This document shows positions 37,332-50,789 of a stretch of DNA of 64,000 nucleotides, piece by piece. Each line of letters begins with the position of its first letter. Position 1 is the first letter of the stretch. Source of the stretch: Chiloscyllium plagiosum (Eukaryota); contig NC_057719.1 in the NCBI RefSeq assembly GCF_004010195.1, positions 5,820,570 through 5,884,569 of the forward strand, given 5' to 3'. The notes under the pieces are model-generated. The model was given only the letters and a program-made list of their open reading frames with translations, was not told the DNA's origin and did no database searches. The translations under genes and the position numbers were made by a program.

Positions 37332-37420
37332 ATATCTGGTTGTAAGTTTGCTTACTGAGGTGGAAGGTTTGTTTTCAGATGTTTTGTCACCATTCTAGGT
37401 AACAACATCAGTGAGCCTCA
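37332..37420 (-). mobile_element. Decayed PLE terminus, probable family 4
   Basis: Minus strand CA-CUGAUGu-U-GUUACC-uagaau-GGUGAC-aAAAC-aUC-UG: hammerhead layout with a 6-bp stem II and core mutations. Confidence 0.5.
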
Positions 37421-37569
37421 GTTGGAGTGCTCATGTACTGTCCGACTCTCTATTTATGTATCTTGGTCTATATTATTTAAGTGATGCAGTCAGGGGTGGT
37501 TTTGGGATTGGTCAGGACAAACTAGAGAGAGCAGCATTCTGCCTGACAATATTGTATATAGGAAGGACA

Positions 37570-38500
37570 AGTCCTTTAGCTGTTACATCATTGATAACAA
37601 ATTGCAATTATATCCAACTTTTAAAATACCTAGAGGTGTTTTACAGGAGTGTTAATAAAGGAAATAAACACCAAGCCACATAGGATATTGGGTCAAACTT
37701 GATCTAGGGTATAAGTTTTAAGAAACATCAAAGTAGGAAAGGGAGATGGAGCGATGTAGGGAGGAAACTCCAGAGTTGTAGGGCTATGGCAGCTGAAGAA
37801 ATGGCTGCCAATGGCAGGCCAGCTACATCAGGGATACTGACAAGGTAGAGGAGCACAGATCTCTGAGAGTTGTTGTAAGGCTGGTGGAGTTTAAGACCTA
37901 GTAAGTAAGGCTATGGAATAATTCGAAAAGAATTGAAATAAATTGAAGCTAGCACAGTGGTGAACAGGAGTTCAAAACATAAGATCTCCAGCAGCTGAAT
38001 GTTGGAGCAACATCAAGTTTTACAGAGGTTGAATGTACAAACTTGACCAGGAAATGTCAAGTCTAAAAAGAACAAAAAGCATGGAAGATGGTTTCAGCAG
38101 CAGATGACCTGACATGATGGCAGAGTTGGACATTGTTATAGATGCAAAAATAAGCAGTCTTAGTGATGATGTATGTGTGTAATTTAAAGATCATTTCAGG
38201 TTCAAATGTGATCACAAGATTTCAAACAACTTGGTTAATCTATTGACTGTTGGCAGGCAGAGAAATGGAGTCAGAGGCAAGTGAAATGGAGTTTGTGGCG
38301 AAGACCAGAAACTCCTTTCCAATATTTCAGTAGTGGAATAGAGTCTTAAAATATTACACTATAGAAGGAGACAATCAACCCATCCAGTCTTTACTGGCTT
38401 CTGAAAGAATTACCCAGCTAATCCCAGGGAAATTTGTGCTTGTCATGTATTTGTTATCAGGCAAGCAGTCTGACAGCTTTAACACAGCAGAGGGGCCACA
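37570..38500 (-). mobile_element. Old L2-like LINE fragment (similar pieces ~2060-2400 +, 52170-52790 -, 61480-61870 +)
   Basis: Shared diverged motifs among the copies (ggaattcc(a/c), tttaag...cttaaa, tataaatgcaagttg tail). Confidence 0.45.
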
Positions 38501-39618
38501 GGGATGGTGAACATGACTGATCGGTATCCAAATTCCACTTGCTTACTTTGGCTCCATTATCCTTACTGTGCTTGGCTAATAAAATTGTATCCCTGTGAGG
38601 GTTAGGGTTATTTATTCGGTTTGCATCTGCTGTTTTTGTGGGTGCAGGTTCCACACTTTTGCCACTCTTTGTGTGAACAAGTACTTGCTAATTCCTCTGC
38701 TGTACTGGCTACCCTTCAGTTAAGGTTACGTCCCTTTGTCTTAGACTCCACCACTTGAAGCAAAATGTGTTTCTATCAACCCATAAGCTGCTTTCAGAAT
38801 CCTAAAAAAAGTTCAATTACATCACCCTCATATTCCAGCAAATACAAGCTTCGTCTATTTCATTTTTTGTCTTTTGTAATAATTTAACCCTTGGAGGCTT
38901 GATAACATTTTTGGAAACCTGTGCTGGGCTTCTTCCAAGGTCAATGTGTTTTTCCTGAGGTGGCGTGCACAGAATTGTATCGTGCACCAGGTATGGTTTA
39001 GTCAGGTCTTTATAGAGCTTGTGTAAAATCTCAGGTTATGAAAGCAAAGATTCCATTAGCCTTTTAGATTTTCTTTTACTGCCTGACCATTATGATTTTT
39101 ATTCACTTCTGTCTGAATCTCTTTGGACCTCCATCATTGTCTTAGCATTGCTCATGTGAAAATAGTCAGAGCTGAACATTAATGGCTAGAGTGAGGTTTT
39201 TCTTCTTGAAATTCTAGAACAGTTGATGAGAATATTATAACCTGAAAGGTAATTCCACTGAATTCCACCAAAACAAAAATCAGATCTCTGCCTTCAAAGA
39301 AAGTGGGAGAAACCTCCATTTCAGTGAAAATATTATGCCTTGATGGTCGGACCAAATTTTAGTCAGAATACTTATTTCAAAAAAGGGGAGAAAAAAACTT
39401 TTATTATAAAGTGAAACATTTTTTAAAATGTGCTGATTCATAACTCCAGGGTAGCTAACTCTTACTGTGTTGTTGGGATGACTGCTGTTAATTCTTTTAA
39501 GTAACTGTATATTGGATATAAAGAGAGCCTGTACAGCCTTAATTTGTGTAATTTAACACCCCCCCCCCCGCCCCATTCATACTGTAGTGATCTTATACCT
39601 TGAAAAGTTCTAATAGAT

Positions 39619-39835
39619 GACAAAAACTGAAATTGCTGGATAAACTCAGCAGGTCTGGCAGCACATGTGAAGAGAAAGCAGGAGTAATGTTTCAAGTCCA
39701 GTGATTCTTCTTCAGCACTGGACACGAGACTCAAAACAATAATTCTGCTTTCTTTCCACAGATGCTGCCAGACCAGCTGAGTTTCTCCAGCAAGTTCTTA
39801 TTTGTGTTTCAGATCTTCAGCACCTGCAGTTCTTT
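39619..39835. mobile_element. Old fold-back element, probable PLE family 3
   Basis: Arms ttgctggataaactcagcaggtctggcagca / tgctgccagaccagctgagtttctccagcaa. Minus strand has a decayed core CUGAAGA-A-GAAUC-acug-GACUU-GAAAC. Related fragments at ~633-714, 24220-24270, 42775-42870, 51580-51650 and 63030-63085. Confidence 0.65.
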
Positions 39836-40004
39836 AGTTTATTCCCATAGGTGACATTAACCATTATTTGAGTCGCCTGGTTTGCGATCTTTGTTTATTA
39901 TTTTTAATTGTATGTAGGTAGTGGGTATTTCCTTAAGCCCTTTATAATTAGGCACAGATTAAACTCTACATCCTCCAAACCAAAACATTATACTTGTAAT
40001 ATTA

Positions 40005-41200
40005 CAGAATTGTTACAGTGCAGAAGGTGGTCATTCATTGTAGGGCTGTAGAACCTCTCTTTATATCTAACATACAGCTGTTTCAAAGAATTAAGTGTCT
40101 GCACTGGCAGTTTGAACATTTTGATTAGCTCCTTCCTCCTGACTTTTCCTCATAACCCTATACATTGTTTCTTTTCAAACTGTCATCTCATGCCCTCTAG
40201 AATGCCTCAATTGAACCTCCTCCACCACACATCCAGACAGTGTGACTCATCCCCTAACTGTTCAGTGTGAAGAATGTTTTTTTTCTCCCCACTCCACCCA
40301 TTTGCAAAACACCTTGAAATTTTGACATTTGATTTTCAATCCTTTTACAGATGAGAACAGTTTCTCCCTATCTATTCTGTCCAAATCCCTTGTGATTTTG
40401 AAAACTTCTATCACATCTTCTCTACGCCTTCTCCTCTTCAGTTCTCTAATCTTTCCTCATAACTGAAATGCCTTATCCCTAGAATCATTCTTGTAAAATT
40501 CTTCTGCACTTCCTTTCTAATACATATGCATCCTTCTTAAAGAGTGGCACCAAAACTGTACACAATACTCCAGCTGACAAGTATCCTGTATCAGTCTATC
40601 ACAACTTACTTGCTGTTATATTCTGTGCTCATATTAATGAAACCCATATGTTTTGTTAACAATTCTCTAAGTTCTGCCACCTTTAGTGACTCATGTACAT
40701 ATACGACCTCTCTGCTGTCTCTGATCTTTCTGCTTCTGCATGCTCCTTTGTACCCTTTATTTTATACTACTTTCCCATGTTCTTTGTACCAAAATATATC
40801 CTCCCACACTTTTCCACATTGAACTACATCTACTATCTGTCTGCCCACTCTACTACTTGTCAGTGTCCTTTAAAGGTTCTGCATTGTTTTCTACCTTATT
40901 TACAATTCCTCCAAGTTTTGTGTAATCTAAAAACATTGAGATTGTCTCCTGCACACCAAAATCTAGATCATTTAATTATACATCAGGAAAAGCAAAGGTC
41001 CCAATGGGGAACTCCACTGACATCCTCCTCCTAGCCTGGAAATTAACATTTAACCATTTTTCTTTGTTTCCAACCCCTCAGCAAGTTTTGGAACTAAATT
41101 GGGACTGTCCCTTTAATTCCATGACCTGTAACTTTCCTCACAAGTCTGTTATGTGGCATTTTATTAAACACCTCCTTGAAGTTCATGTGCAACTCCTCAA
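40005..41200 (-). mobile_element. Old CR1 3' half
   Basis: Diverged reverse-complement similarity to other CR1 3' regions. Confidence 0.7.
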
Positions 41201-44200
41201 TACCCAGGCCCTTTTCAACCCTTTCCAGGTGAAGATTGGAAGATAAGAAAAAGGCAGAAAATTACAATCCTAGTAACCAACATAAAACAAAATGACAGAA
41301 AGCAAGTATAAATTGTCGTGGTAATGATAATCTTCCATTGTTCTCAGAATCTGAGCCATATCCCAGTGGATGAATGTAGTTATGTCCCTACCAAAGAAAA
41401 ATTAAAATCAGAGCTAAAGTATTTTCTGAGTTGGAACGTGATAAAGATTTGGCCTTTTTATTAGAGTTCTTGGATTTTTTTTAAAAACTGTTCATTTGTT
41501 AAAAGTTTGTGGGGTCACATTTTGACATATCTCTAAAGAAAGGTGGTTATTCTGTGGAAAACTGTATATTGGTCTACAGCAAAATTTATAAGCAATTGTC
41601 AAAATTCAATTTAGGATTCCCAGGATTGATACTGGCATTTGTATAGCAAAACTGTGTTCCTGGTTCTAAATGGTGTTGGTCACTGGAAGGGACAAATCCT
41701 GTTGGTTCAGATATCTGCTATCTTGAAAAATATCCTTCAGGGAAACCCTTACTTCCTTCAACCTTCATGAAACAACTGAGACAGTCCACGGTGACACAAA
41801 GAATAAAAGATTTGATTTTAAAATTGATATTGCAGGCATTAATGTAATACAATTGAAGCAAGACTTTACTTCTCCTGTCCTCATCCTCTTGTTATAAAGG
41901 CTAACATTATATTAGCTTCCTTAATAGCTTGTTGCCTCTGCATGTTAGCTTTCAGTAACTTATTGACAAGGGCACCCACATCCCTTTGTACATTTACACT
42001 TTTCAACTTTACTGTTTAAGAAATACTCTTCACATTTACTTCTGTAAAAGTGATAACCACACGTTATGTTCCATTTGAAATGAAAAGTGATAAGTAAGAT
42101 TTGTGACGAACAAATGCCAAGTAATGACCATCTCCAATAAGAGACAGTTTAACCATAGTTACTTGACATTCAAGGGTGTTACCATACTGAATCCCCCACT
42201 ATCAACATCCTGGGGTTACCACTGACCAGAAACTAAACTGGACAAGCCACATAAGTGCTGTGACTCTAAGAGCATGTCAAAGGCTAGGAATACTGCAATG
42301 AGTAACTCACCACCTGATTCTCCAAAGCCTGTTCACAATCCACAAGGCACACGTCTAGAGTGTGATAGGATGTTCCCCATTTACCTGGATGGGTGCAGTT
42401 CCAACAATACTCAAATGTTTGACACCATCCAGGATAAAGCAGCATGCTGCATTGGCACTACATCTTCAGGCGTCCACTCCGTCCACCACCAAAGCTCAAT
42501 ACCAGCAGCGTGTACTATCTACAAGATGCATTGCAGAAATTCACTAAACATCCTTAGATAATACCTTCCGAACCCACAACCACTACCATCTAGAAGGTGA
42601 AAGGTAGCAGGTACATGGGAACACCACCAGCTGCAAGTTCCAGTCCAAGCCACTCATCAATCAGCTGCTTTACCTGTACTTGAGGTCATGCTGCTATTGG
42701 TCTCAGTGCGAGTAGGCCTCTCAGTCTACATGTTACTTCCTCTCCTCCCCACCTCCAGCTCCACTGACTTCAAAATTGAAGGGGGCGAAGTACCGGACTC
42801 TAAATGTTTACTTGTTTCTCTCTGCATAGGTGCTGTCAGACCTCCTGAGTTTCTCTAGTATTCTGAATTTTTTTCTTCCTTAGAAGGCCTCTTCTCTTTC
42901 CTGCTGGAATTCCCACATCGATCCAAATGGTCTCCTTAGCTCAGGAAAGATATTGGCATTGAGAGAGTACGTGAATGTTTGACAGACTTATTCCTGCGAT
43001 GGTGAACAGTCCTGTGAAGAGAGGTTGGACAAATGGTAGGAGATTTTGAACGAAATGGTGGAGGCAAGGAATCAAGTTTGGGAAGATGTGGGTAAATCAA
43101 ACCATAGAGTGAAGTCCACCAAAGAGATATTAATATGGAAAATTATAGATGCTGACAGGAAGGGATGGAAATTATGAATCTCTGAGTCAATAACAGATAA
43201 AATGGGGATTTACAGAGAAAGTAAAAAAAAAACTAAAGGCTCTGTGTAGCAATTCCTATAGCAGTTCAAATAAAACCGATGAACCTGAGATTGCAAGTAG
43301 AAGTAAATAAGTGTGATCTGAACTGAAAAATGGCAAGTTAGATTTGTGATGCATAAATGGATGAAATGGATTTACCACATCCTCCCAGAGTTGATCTCTT
43401 GCCCTCATCACTGAGTTTAAAATCTCTACTTCCCTAGTTATGCATTTGGCAAGAACACCTGTCCCAGCCCGATTCCAGTAGACACCATTCTATTGGAATA
43501 GATTCCACTTTCCCCAGTCCTGGTGTCAGTGACCCACATCAGTATTTGAGCCATGCATTCATATCTCAAATCTCATTTGAGCACTGGGACTTCCCAGTCC
43601 ACTGCTTATTTGCGAGTGCATTGAGTTCATTGAGAAAAAGGCAGTGCTGCTAGAAGGTGGTGCCGCAACACACAGGCCCTGGTTAATAACAACATGTACA
43701 CAAACACACACACACCCCTGCTGTGATGAATAATATTTCTCTGGGTAAGTGAAGTATAAAATATCAGAACAAAGTGACCCAAGAAGAATGGGTCCAGCTT
43801 TTTTTTAATCGTGAAGCAAATAGTAATACTATACAGCACATCTCAAAGTAGATCCAAAATCAACATGGAGTGGATTTCCTTCCAAGCAGCTTTCAACAGA
43901 GTTGTTGTTCAACTTTGAGTACTCTTTCTGATCTTCAGTTTTTGAGAGGAAATAATCATTATATTTAGAACTTAATCTTATTTATCAAAGACAATGTGCA
44001 AGTGAAAATGGTGATCCAGTTGTGAAAGTTTGACTGTTAGAATAAACAGTTTTTTTCTAGTTTTTTTTATTGCAAACATGATCCACCTTTCTTGAGTGAC
44101 AGTTAAACTGGGTGTGGTTATTCTCCGAACTCTGTGCAGATTGTTTCCTTCAGCGCTGATATATTTAGGCATCCAAGCAACTGTCTTATACACAAACACT

Positions 44201-45436
44201 GTGAGGGCCAAATGGAAAAATACATCCTCTGGTGTGAAAGCTATTGTTTCTGGCTTTAAGTTGTAATATTCAGAAAATCATTTTGTATTTGTAACATTTA
44301 TTGAATTTGAATCTTAAACTCTGAACCACTGAGCAACTATCGTATAGTATATTATGTGAAAGCACATGGAGAACAATGCTTGAGGTTAAGAGATTGGGAA
44401 AAACATGTGGTAGATTGCATTTTCTAAAATACAATCTGTAAACTGTCGCAAGGACTTAAGAAAGCGAAACAGCTGTAGATCATAGCATGCCTCAAGCCTG
44501 TTCAGCCGTTCAATAAAATCATGACTGATTCTATATCGATTCTAGTTTCCTCAAATTTCAATATTATTTGTGTCCAAAAATCTCAGTCTTCAGTCATCCA
44601 TTGACTGAATAATTGAACTGGACAGAATGTCAATAATTCATAACCCTCTGTTAGAATTTCTGTGTTCTCCAGCCAAGCCATTTCTGTGCTGTTTCAGTTT
44701 GTCATGCTGCTTAAGAATTTTCAACGCCATTATCTTTCATTCTTCTTAACCCCGAGAGAATAGAGGAACAATCATCTCAGTCTCCTGCAGGCTTAGCCAC
44801 ATCTCCAACTTTCTGCCTCTACTTATTGTTTCCTAACTCTTGTGAGATGTGATCTTATGGGTGAATTACTCATTCTTCTGCTTGAGCCCTGGCAATAAAT
44901 ACTGATTAGTTTTTTTCCACGGTGGGGAGCTCTCTGCCAAACTTAATCCATTCCTCGTGTTGTCCCCTCAAACATTTGTTAATAGGATCACTGAAGAGTC
45001 GTCAGGAATGGTACTTCAGATACTTTTTGTATTGCCTGAGATACAGGTGTTGTGGTAGAGGCTTGATTGATTCCTAAATTAATCATCTAATTTAGCACAG
45101 CTTCGGGAGCAAATCCAGCATTTTCCTGATTGGTGTGGCATTTCCTATGGTAGTGAGATTTAACTTGTTCTTATTTTAATGTCTTTAATGATCCCTGGAC
45201 TTCCAAAAGTTAATGCATTTTAAAGGACCACTGTTATGCAAACTAATGCAGCAACTGGATTTACACATGGCACGGTCCTGCAGACATTAGTGAGATAAAT
45301 AACCAAACATCTATGAATGCAGCATAAACAATGGACATGACACCAAGAGAATTCCCCCTATCATAATTGAATAATGACATCTGATCTGTTACATCCATCT
45401 GAAAGAACACAAGCAGACACAAACTGGGAGTAGAAC

Positions 45437-45759
45437 ATGTGTCAAAAAATGTGGCACTGGAAAAGCACAGCAGGTCAGGCAGCATCCAAGGAGCAGGAGA
45501 ATCAAAATTTCGGGCATAAGCCCTTCATCAGGAATTCCTGTGCGCTCTCGGCCTGTCATGCTGCTTAAGAATTTTCAATATTTCAACATGATTATTTTTC
45601 ATTCTTCTTAACCCCAGAGAATAGAGGGCTATTCTAGATGAAGACCTTAGACCCGAAGCGTCGATTCCCCTGTCCTTGGATGCTGCCTGACCTGATGTGC
45701 TTTTCCAGCACCAAACTCTTTGACTCTGATCGCCAGCATCTGCAGTCCTCACTTTACTC
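45437..45759. mobile_element. Fold-back PLE family 1 element with a ~90-nt foreign spacer
   Basis: Inverted arms ~45445-45538 and ~45632-45759; TSD CTGGGAG(T/C)AGAAC at 45424-45436 and 45760-45772. Confidence 0.8.
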
Positions 45760-46850
45760 CTGGGAGCAGAACTGGGCCATTTGGTCCATTGAGCCTACGC
45801 CTCCATTCAGTACAATCATGATTCGTCTATTTGTGGCCTTAACTTCACTTTCCTGTCTGCACAACACTCTTCTCCTGTCCCAATGCTTGACTTCTCTTGC
45901 CAATTTAAAATCTAACCAACAAACCTTGAATCTATTCAATGTCCCAGTCTCTTCTCTACTCCCAGGAAGATAATTCCACAGACTAATGACTCTCAAAGTG
46001 GGGAAAAGAAAACTCCTTTCCCTTGAATGGGACACCCCTAAATTTTAAATTGCATTCCCTAGTTCTGGACTCCTCCACAAGGAGAGACATAGACAGGGCC
46101 TCTGATCGACATCTCATCCATGAGGCAACACATAGAACAGTGCAGCATTCCGTCCACCACGTTATGTCTTTCACATTATGTAAAGATAGGTCAGGGTAGC
46201 TAAAAGCAATGGTATGCAGTGGTTGAAAATGTGAACCATTTTCAGAAGATTAACTGTGAGAGATATAAAACATGAGGGCAGAAGAAGCATCTGTACACAG
46301 TACAAGAGCAGTATGAAGGTTTAGAATTTGTTTCTGTGGTTGGCAGAGGCAGAATTGTTGGACAAATTAGATTGGAAAGATGACTAAGGGAAAGTGGTTG
46401 AAAGGATATGTCAACAATGTGAAAAATATGGTTTGAACGGTTTGCTCTTATAGTGGGTAAACATTAATGTGGGGCCTTTGAGACAAACACTATGCATCTG
46501 TGTTCATAATTTTGTATTTCTCTGTCAAGTCCTGGAATGAGACTTAAAAATTTCAAGAGTTATTTACAAGTTAAACTCGCACTTTACTGACAACCACTGG
46601 TTCTGTCTGGGGGAGCATGTCAGAAGTCCCAAAAAGGATCGCCAGACTTTTTTTCTGACATTTGCATGACCTTAATTCTGTAATGCAGTTCCTTGCTTAT
46701 GTAAGAACTAGGAACAGGAGTAGGCCCTTCGAGCCTGCTCTGCCATTCAATACGATTGTAGCTAATCTTTTTGTGAACTCAGATCCACTTACTCGCGCTC
46801 TCACTGTATCCCTTAATTCCTTTATTGTTCAAAAAAAATCTGTCTTAGCT

Positions 46851-47068
46851 TCATTCTCCCCGTGTCTGCGTGGGTTTCCTCCGGGTGCTCTGGTTTCCTC
46901 CCACAGTCCAAAGATGTGCAGGTTAGGTGAATTGGCCATTCTAAGTTGCCCGTAGTGTTAGGTGAAGGGGTAAATGTGGGGGAATGGGTCTGGGTGGGTT
47001 GCTCTTCAGAGGGTCGGTGTGGACTTGTTGGGCTGAAGGGCCTGTTTCCACACTGTAAGTAATCTAAT
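46851..47068 (+). mobile_element. 5'-truncated young V-SINE nested in CR1
   Basis: V-domain through the gtaagtaatctaatc tail. Confidence 0.88.
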
Positions 47069-47560
47069 CCTCAAGAACTTTTACTGAAGTAACATCAGCT
47101 ACTTCACTTGGGAAGGAATTCCATAGATTTACAACCCTCTGGGTGAAGAAGTTCCTTCTCAATTCAATCCTAAATCTGCTCTCTCTAATCTTGAGGCTAT
47201 GCCCCCTTGTCCTAGCTTCACCTACCAGTGGAAACAACCTCTCTACTTCTATCTTATCTATTCTGTTCATAATTTTATAAGTTTCTCTAAGATCCCCCTC
47301 ATTCTTCTGAATTGTAATGAATATAATCCCAGTCTACTCAGTCTCTCCTCATAGGCCAACGCCCTCAACTCCGGAATCAATCTAGTGAACCTCCTCTGCA
47401 CCCTCTCTAGTGCCAGTACATCCTTTCTCAAGAGACCAAAACTGCATACACTACTCCAGGTGTGCCCTCACCAGCACCCTATACAGCTGCAACATAACCT
47501 CCTTGTTTTTAAACTCAATCCGTTTAGCAATGAAGGGCAAAATTCCATTTGCCTTCATAA

Positions 47561-47856
47561 GGCCGGCACAGTGGTTAGCACTGCGGCCTCACAGCGCCAG
47601 AGACCCGGGTTCAATTCCCGCCTCAGGCAATTGTCAGTGTGGAGTTTGCACATTCTCCCCATGTCTGCGTGGGTTTCCTCCGGGTGCTCCGGTTTCCTCC
47701 CACAGTCCAAAAATGTGTAGGCTAGGTGCCCGTAGTGTTAGGTGAAGGGGTAAATGTAGGGGAATGGGTCTGGGTGGGTTGCTCTTCGGAGGGTCGGTGT
47801 GGACTTGTTGGGCCAAAGGGCCTGTTTTCACACTGTAAGTAATCTAATTTAATCTA
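47561..47856 (+). mobile_element. Young V-SINE nested in CR1
   Basis: Head, B box ggttcaattccc, V-domain and (ctaat)-type tail; small internal deletions. Confidence 0.9.
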
Positions 47857-48444
47857 ATTACTAGTTGTACCTGCAGACCAACCCTCTGTGATTCATGCAC
47901 AAGGACACCAGGTCCCTCTACATAGCAGCATACTGCAACTTTTTAACCATTCAAGTAATAATCCTTTTTACTGGTTCCTTCACATTTATTAACATTGTAC
48001 TCCATCTGCCAGACCGTTGCCCACTCACTCAAGGTATCCATGTTCCTCTACAAGGTTTCACAGTCCTCTGTACACTTTGCTCTGTCACTCATCTTCGTGT
48101 CATCTGCAAACTTTGACACCCTACACGAGGACCCCAACCCCAAATCATCGGTATAAATTATGAATAATTGTGGTCCCAAACTAATCCCTGACGCACACCA
48201 CTAGTTACTGATTGCCAACCAGGACAGTACTTTATCCCCACTTCTTGCTTCCTAATAGTCAACCAATCATCTATCAATACCTCTAACACACTTTACCTCT
48301 AACACCAAGCAACCTTATCTTGTGCAGCACCTCCCAAAAGACCTTTTGGAAATCTAGGTGCACCACATTTACTGGGTCCCCGCTATCCACCTTGCTCATA
48401 ATGTCTTCATAGAATTCCAAAAGATTTGTTAAGCATGACCTTCC

Positions 48445-48848
48445 CTAAATGCCCTAACCCCACGGCATCAATGTGGATTTCACCAGTTTCCTCATTTACC
48501 CTCCCCCACACCATATCCCAGTTCCAACTTTCCAACTCGGCACTACTCTCATAACCTGTCTTACCTGTCTATCTTCCTTCCCACCTATCCGCTCCACCTT
48601 CCTCTTTGACCTATTGCCATTACCCCCACCTCTGTCTACCTATTGCACTCTCAGGTACCTTCTCCCCAGCCCTACCGCCCCCCTCATTTATCTCTCCATC
48701 CCCTCAACTCACAAGCCTAATTTCTGATGAAGGGCTCTTGCCCGAAACGTCGATTTTCCTGCTTCTTGAATGCTGCCTGACCTGCTGTGCTTTTCTAGCA
48801 CCCCACTCTCAACTCTGATCTCCAGCATCTGCAGACCTCACTCTCTCC
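48445..48848 (+). mobile_element. PLE family 1 3' fragment nested in CR1
   Basis: End of the endonuclease region (PHGINVDFTSF), a C/T-rich 3' region homologous to 7350-7468 (-), the hammerhead core, then the shared terminus. Confidence 0.8.
48719..48756 (+). ncRNA. Hammerhead core in a PLE 3' fragment (weak stem I)
   Basis: CUGAUGA-A-GGGC-ucuu-GCCC-GAAAC-GUC intact at 48724-48751; stem I only partly paired. Confidence 0.55.
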
Positions 48849-50789
48849 TGCCCTTCATGAACCCATGCTGCGTCTGTCCAATGAGGCAATTTCTATCAAG
48901 ATGCCTTGCTATTTCTTCCTTGATAATAGATGTGAGCACCTTCCCCATTACAGAAGTTAAGCTAACCAGTCTATAATTCCCCATCTTTTGTCTACCTCCC
49001 TTTTTAAATAGTGGTGTCACATTTGCTGTTTTCCAAATGAGAGTCCATCAAATTTTGGAAAATTACCACTAGTTCACTTGTTATTTCTCCTGCCATCTCT
49101 TTTAGTGCCCTGGGATGCATTCCATCAGGGCCAGGAGACCTATCTATCCTTAGCTCCATTAGCTTGCCCAGCACTACCTCTTCTGTAATAATGATTGTTT
49201 CCAGATCCTCACCAGCCGTCGTCTCTTTGTCAATTACTGGCATGTTACGAGTGTCCTCCACTGTGCAGACTGGCACAAAATACCTCTTCAATGCCTCGCC
49301 CATTTCATCATACTCCATAATTAAATGCCCCTTCTCTCAAGGAGCAATGTTTACTTTAGCCACCTTTTTTTTTGTTTTATATATTTATCGAAACTTTTGC
49401 TATCTGTCTTTATATTCTGTGCTAGTTTTTTCTCATGTTCTGTCTTACTTTTCTTTATTGCTGTTTTTGTGGATTTCTGTTGACCTTTAAGGTTTTCCCA
49501 ATCTTTAGGTTTCCTGCTGTTTTTGGCCACTTTGTATGCCTTCTCTTTCAATTTGATAGCCTTCCTTATTTCCTTAGACACCCATGGCAAGTTACCCATT
49601 TTTCTTATAGTCCTTCCCTTTCACTGGAATGTATTTTTGCTGAGCACTGAAAAATTGCCTTGAAAGTCGTCCACTACTCGTCAACTGTCCCACCATAAAA
49701 TTTTTGTTTTCAGTCTACTTTAGCGAAGTCCTCCCTCATCCTATTGTCGTCTCCCTTGTTTAAGCACAGCACTCTGGTATTGGATTTTATTTTCACACTC
49801 TCCATCTATATTCTAAGTTCAACCATACTGTGATCGCTCCTTCTAAGAGGATCCCTAACTCTGAGGTAATTAATTATTCCTGCCTCATTACACAGGACCA
49901 GATCTAGGATTGCTTGCTCCCTTGTCGGTTCCATTACATACTGTTCAAGAAAACTATCGCGGATACACTCAATGCACTCCTCAAGGCTACCCTGACTGAG
50001 CAGGTTCGACCAATTGACATGTAGATTAAAATCCCCCAGGATAATTGTCATACCATTTTTACAGGCATTAGTTATTTCCTTGTTTATTGCCCTCCCCGAT
50101 GTGATATTATTATTTGTGCAGTTAACTCATTAACCTTTCTTTTACCCCTTGCATTTTCTCAAACCAACATTACAGGAATTCAATCCTGTTCTGTAGTGGA
50201 AGAATCACAAATTAATTGATGATTGCACAGAACTAATCCTCTCTAACCTTATTGTTTGCGTTTAATCACAATTCCTGGCCTAACTTTCAATGCAACAATT
50301 TGCTGACCTTCAGATTGTCACAGTAAATCTGTTGGAACTTGTTTGACACATTACCTGGAGTAGAATTTTTTTTCAAAGTCATCTGCAATATCTTTTTTGA
50401 GAGGACAGGAACATTTCTAAAATTAATTATGACTTTGAGTCACCCAGTGATGTCAGAACATACTGTGTGAAGAAGATCTAACAGTCTGAGTACATCAGAA
50501 AGAATATATTAATTAATTTGAAAGGGCTACCAGAGGATACAGGCAATGAGAAGGGACAGGAGTATTAAAGTAAATCCCTGCAGTTGAGTTGATACCAGTA
50601 CAGGGCGATGGCTCAGTGCTGGGGCTGTTCCATTGGTTGTCTAACCTTGACCATTAAATTTAGTAATTGATCTGCAGGTATTTATATTATAAAGCAGCAT
50701 CTCTGTAGAGCAAAACTGGTTTAACCCTTTGGATCGATGTCCTGACATTGATGTAAATGTTCTTATGTAAAGTCATTGACTTGAAGCTC

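Larger units (their letters stand above)
46700..50110 (-). mobile_element. Large CR1 ORF2 remnant hosting two V-SINEs and a PLE fragment
   Basis: IILGDFNLHVNW, PTREQAILDLVLCN, SPGPDGMHPRALKE, NYRLVSLTS, QHGFMKG, RRNFFTQRVVNLWNS in collinear order. Confidence 0.9.
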
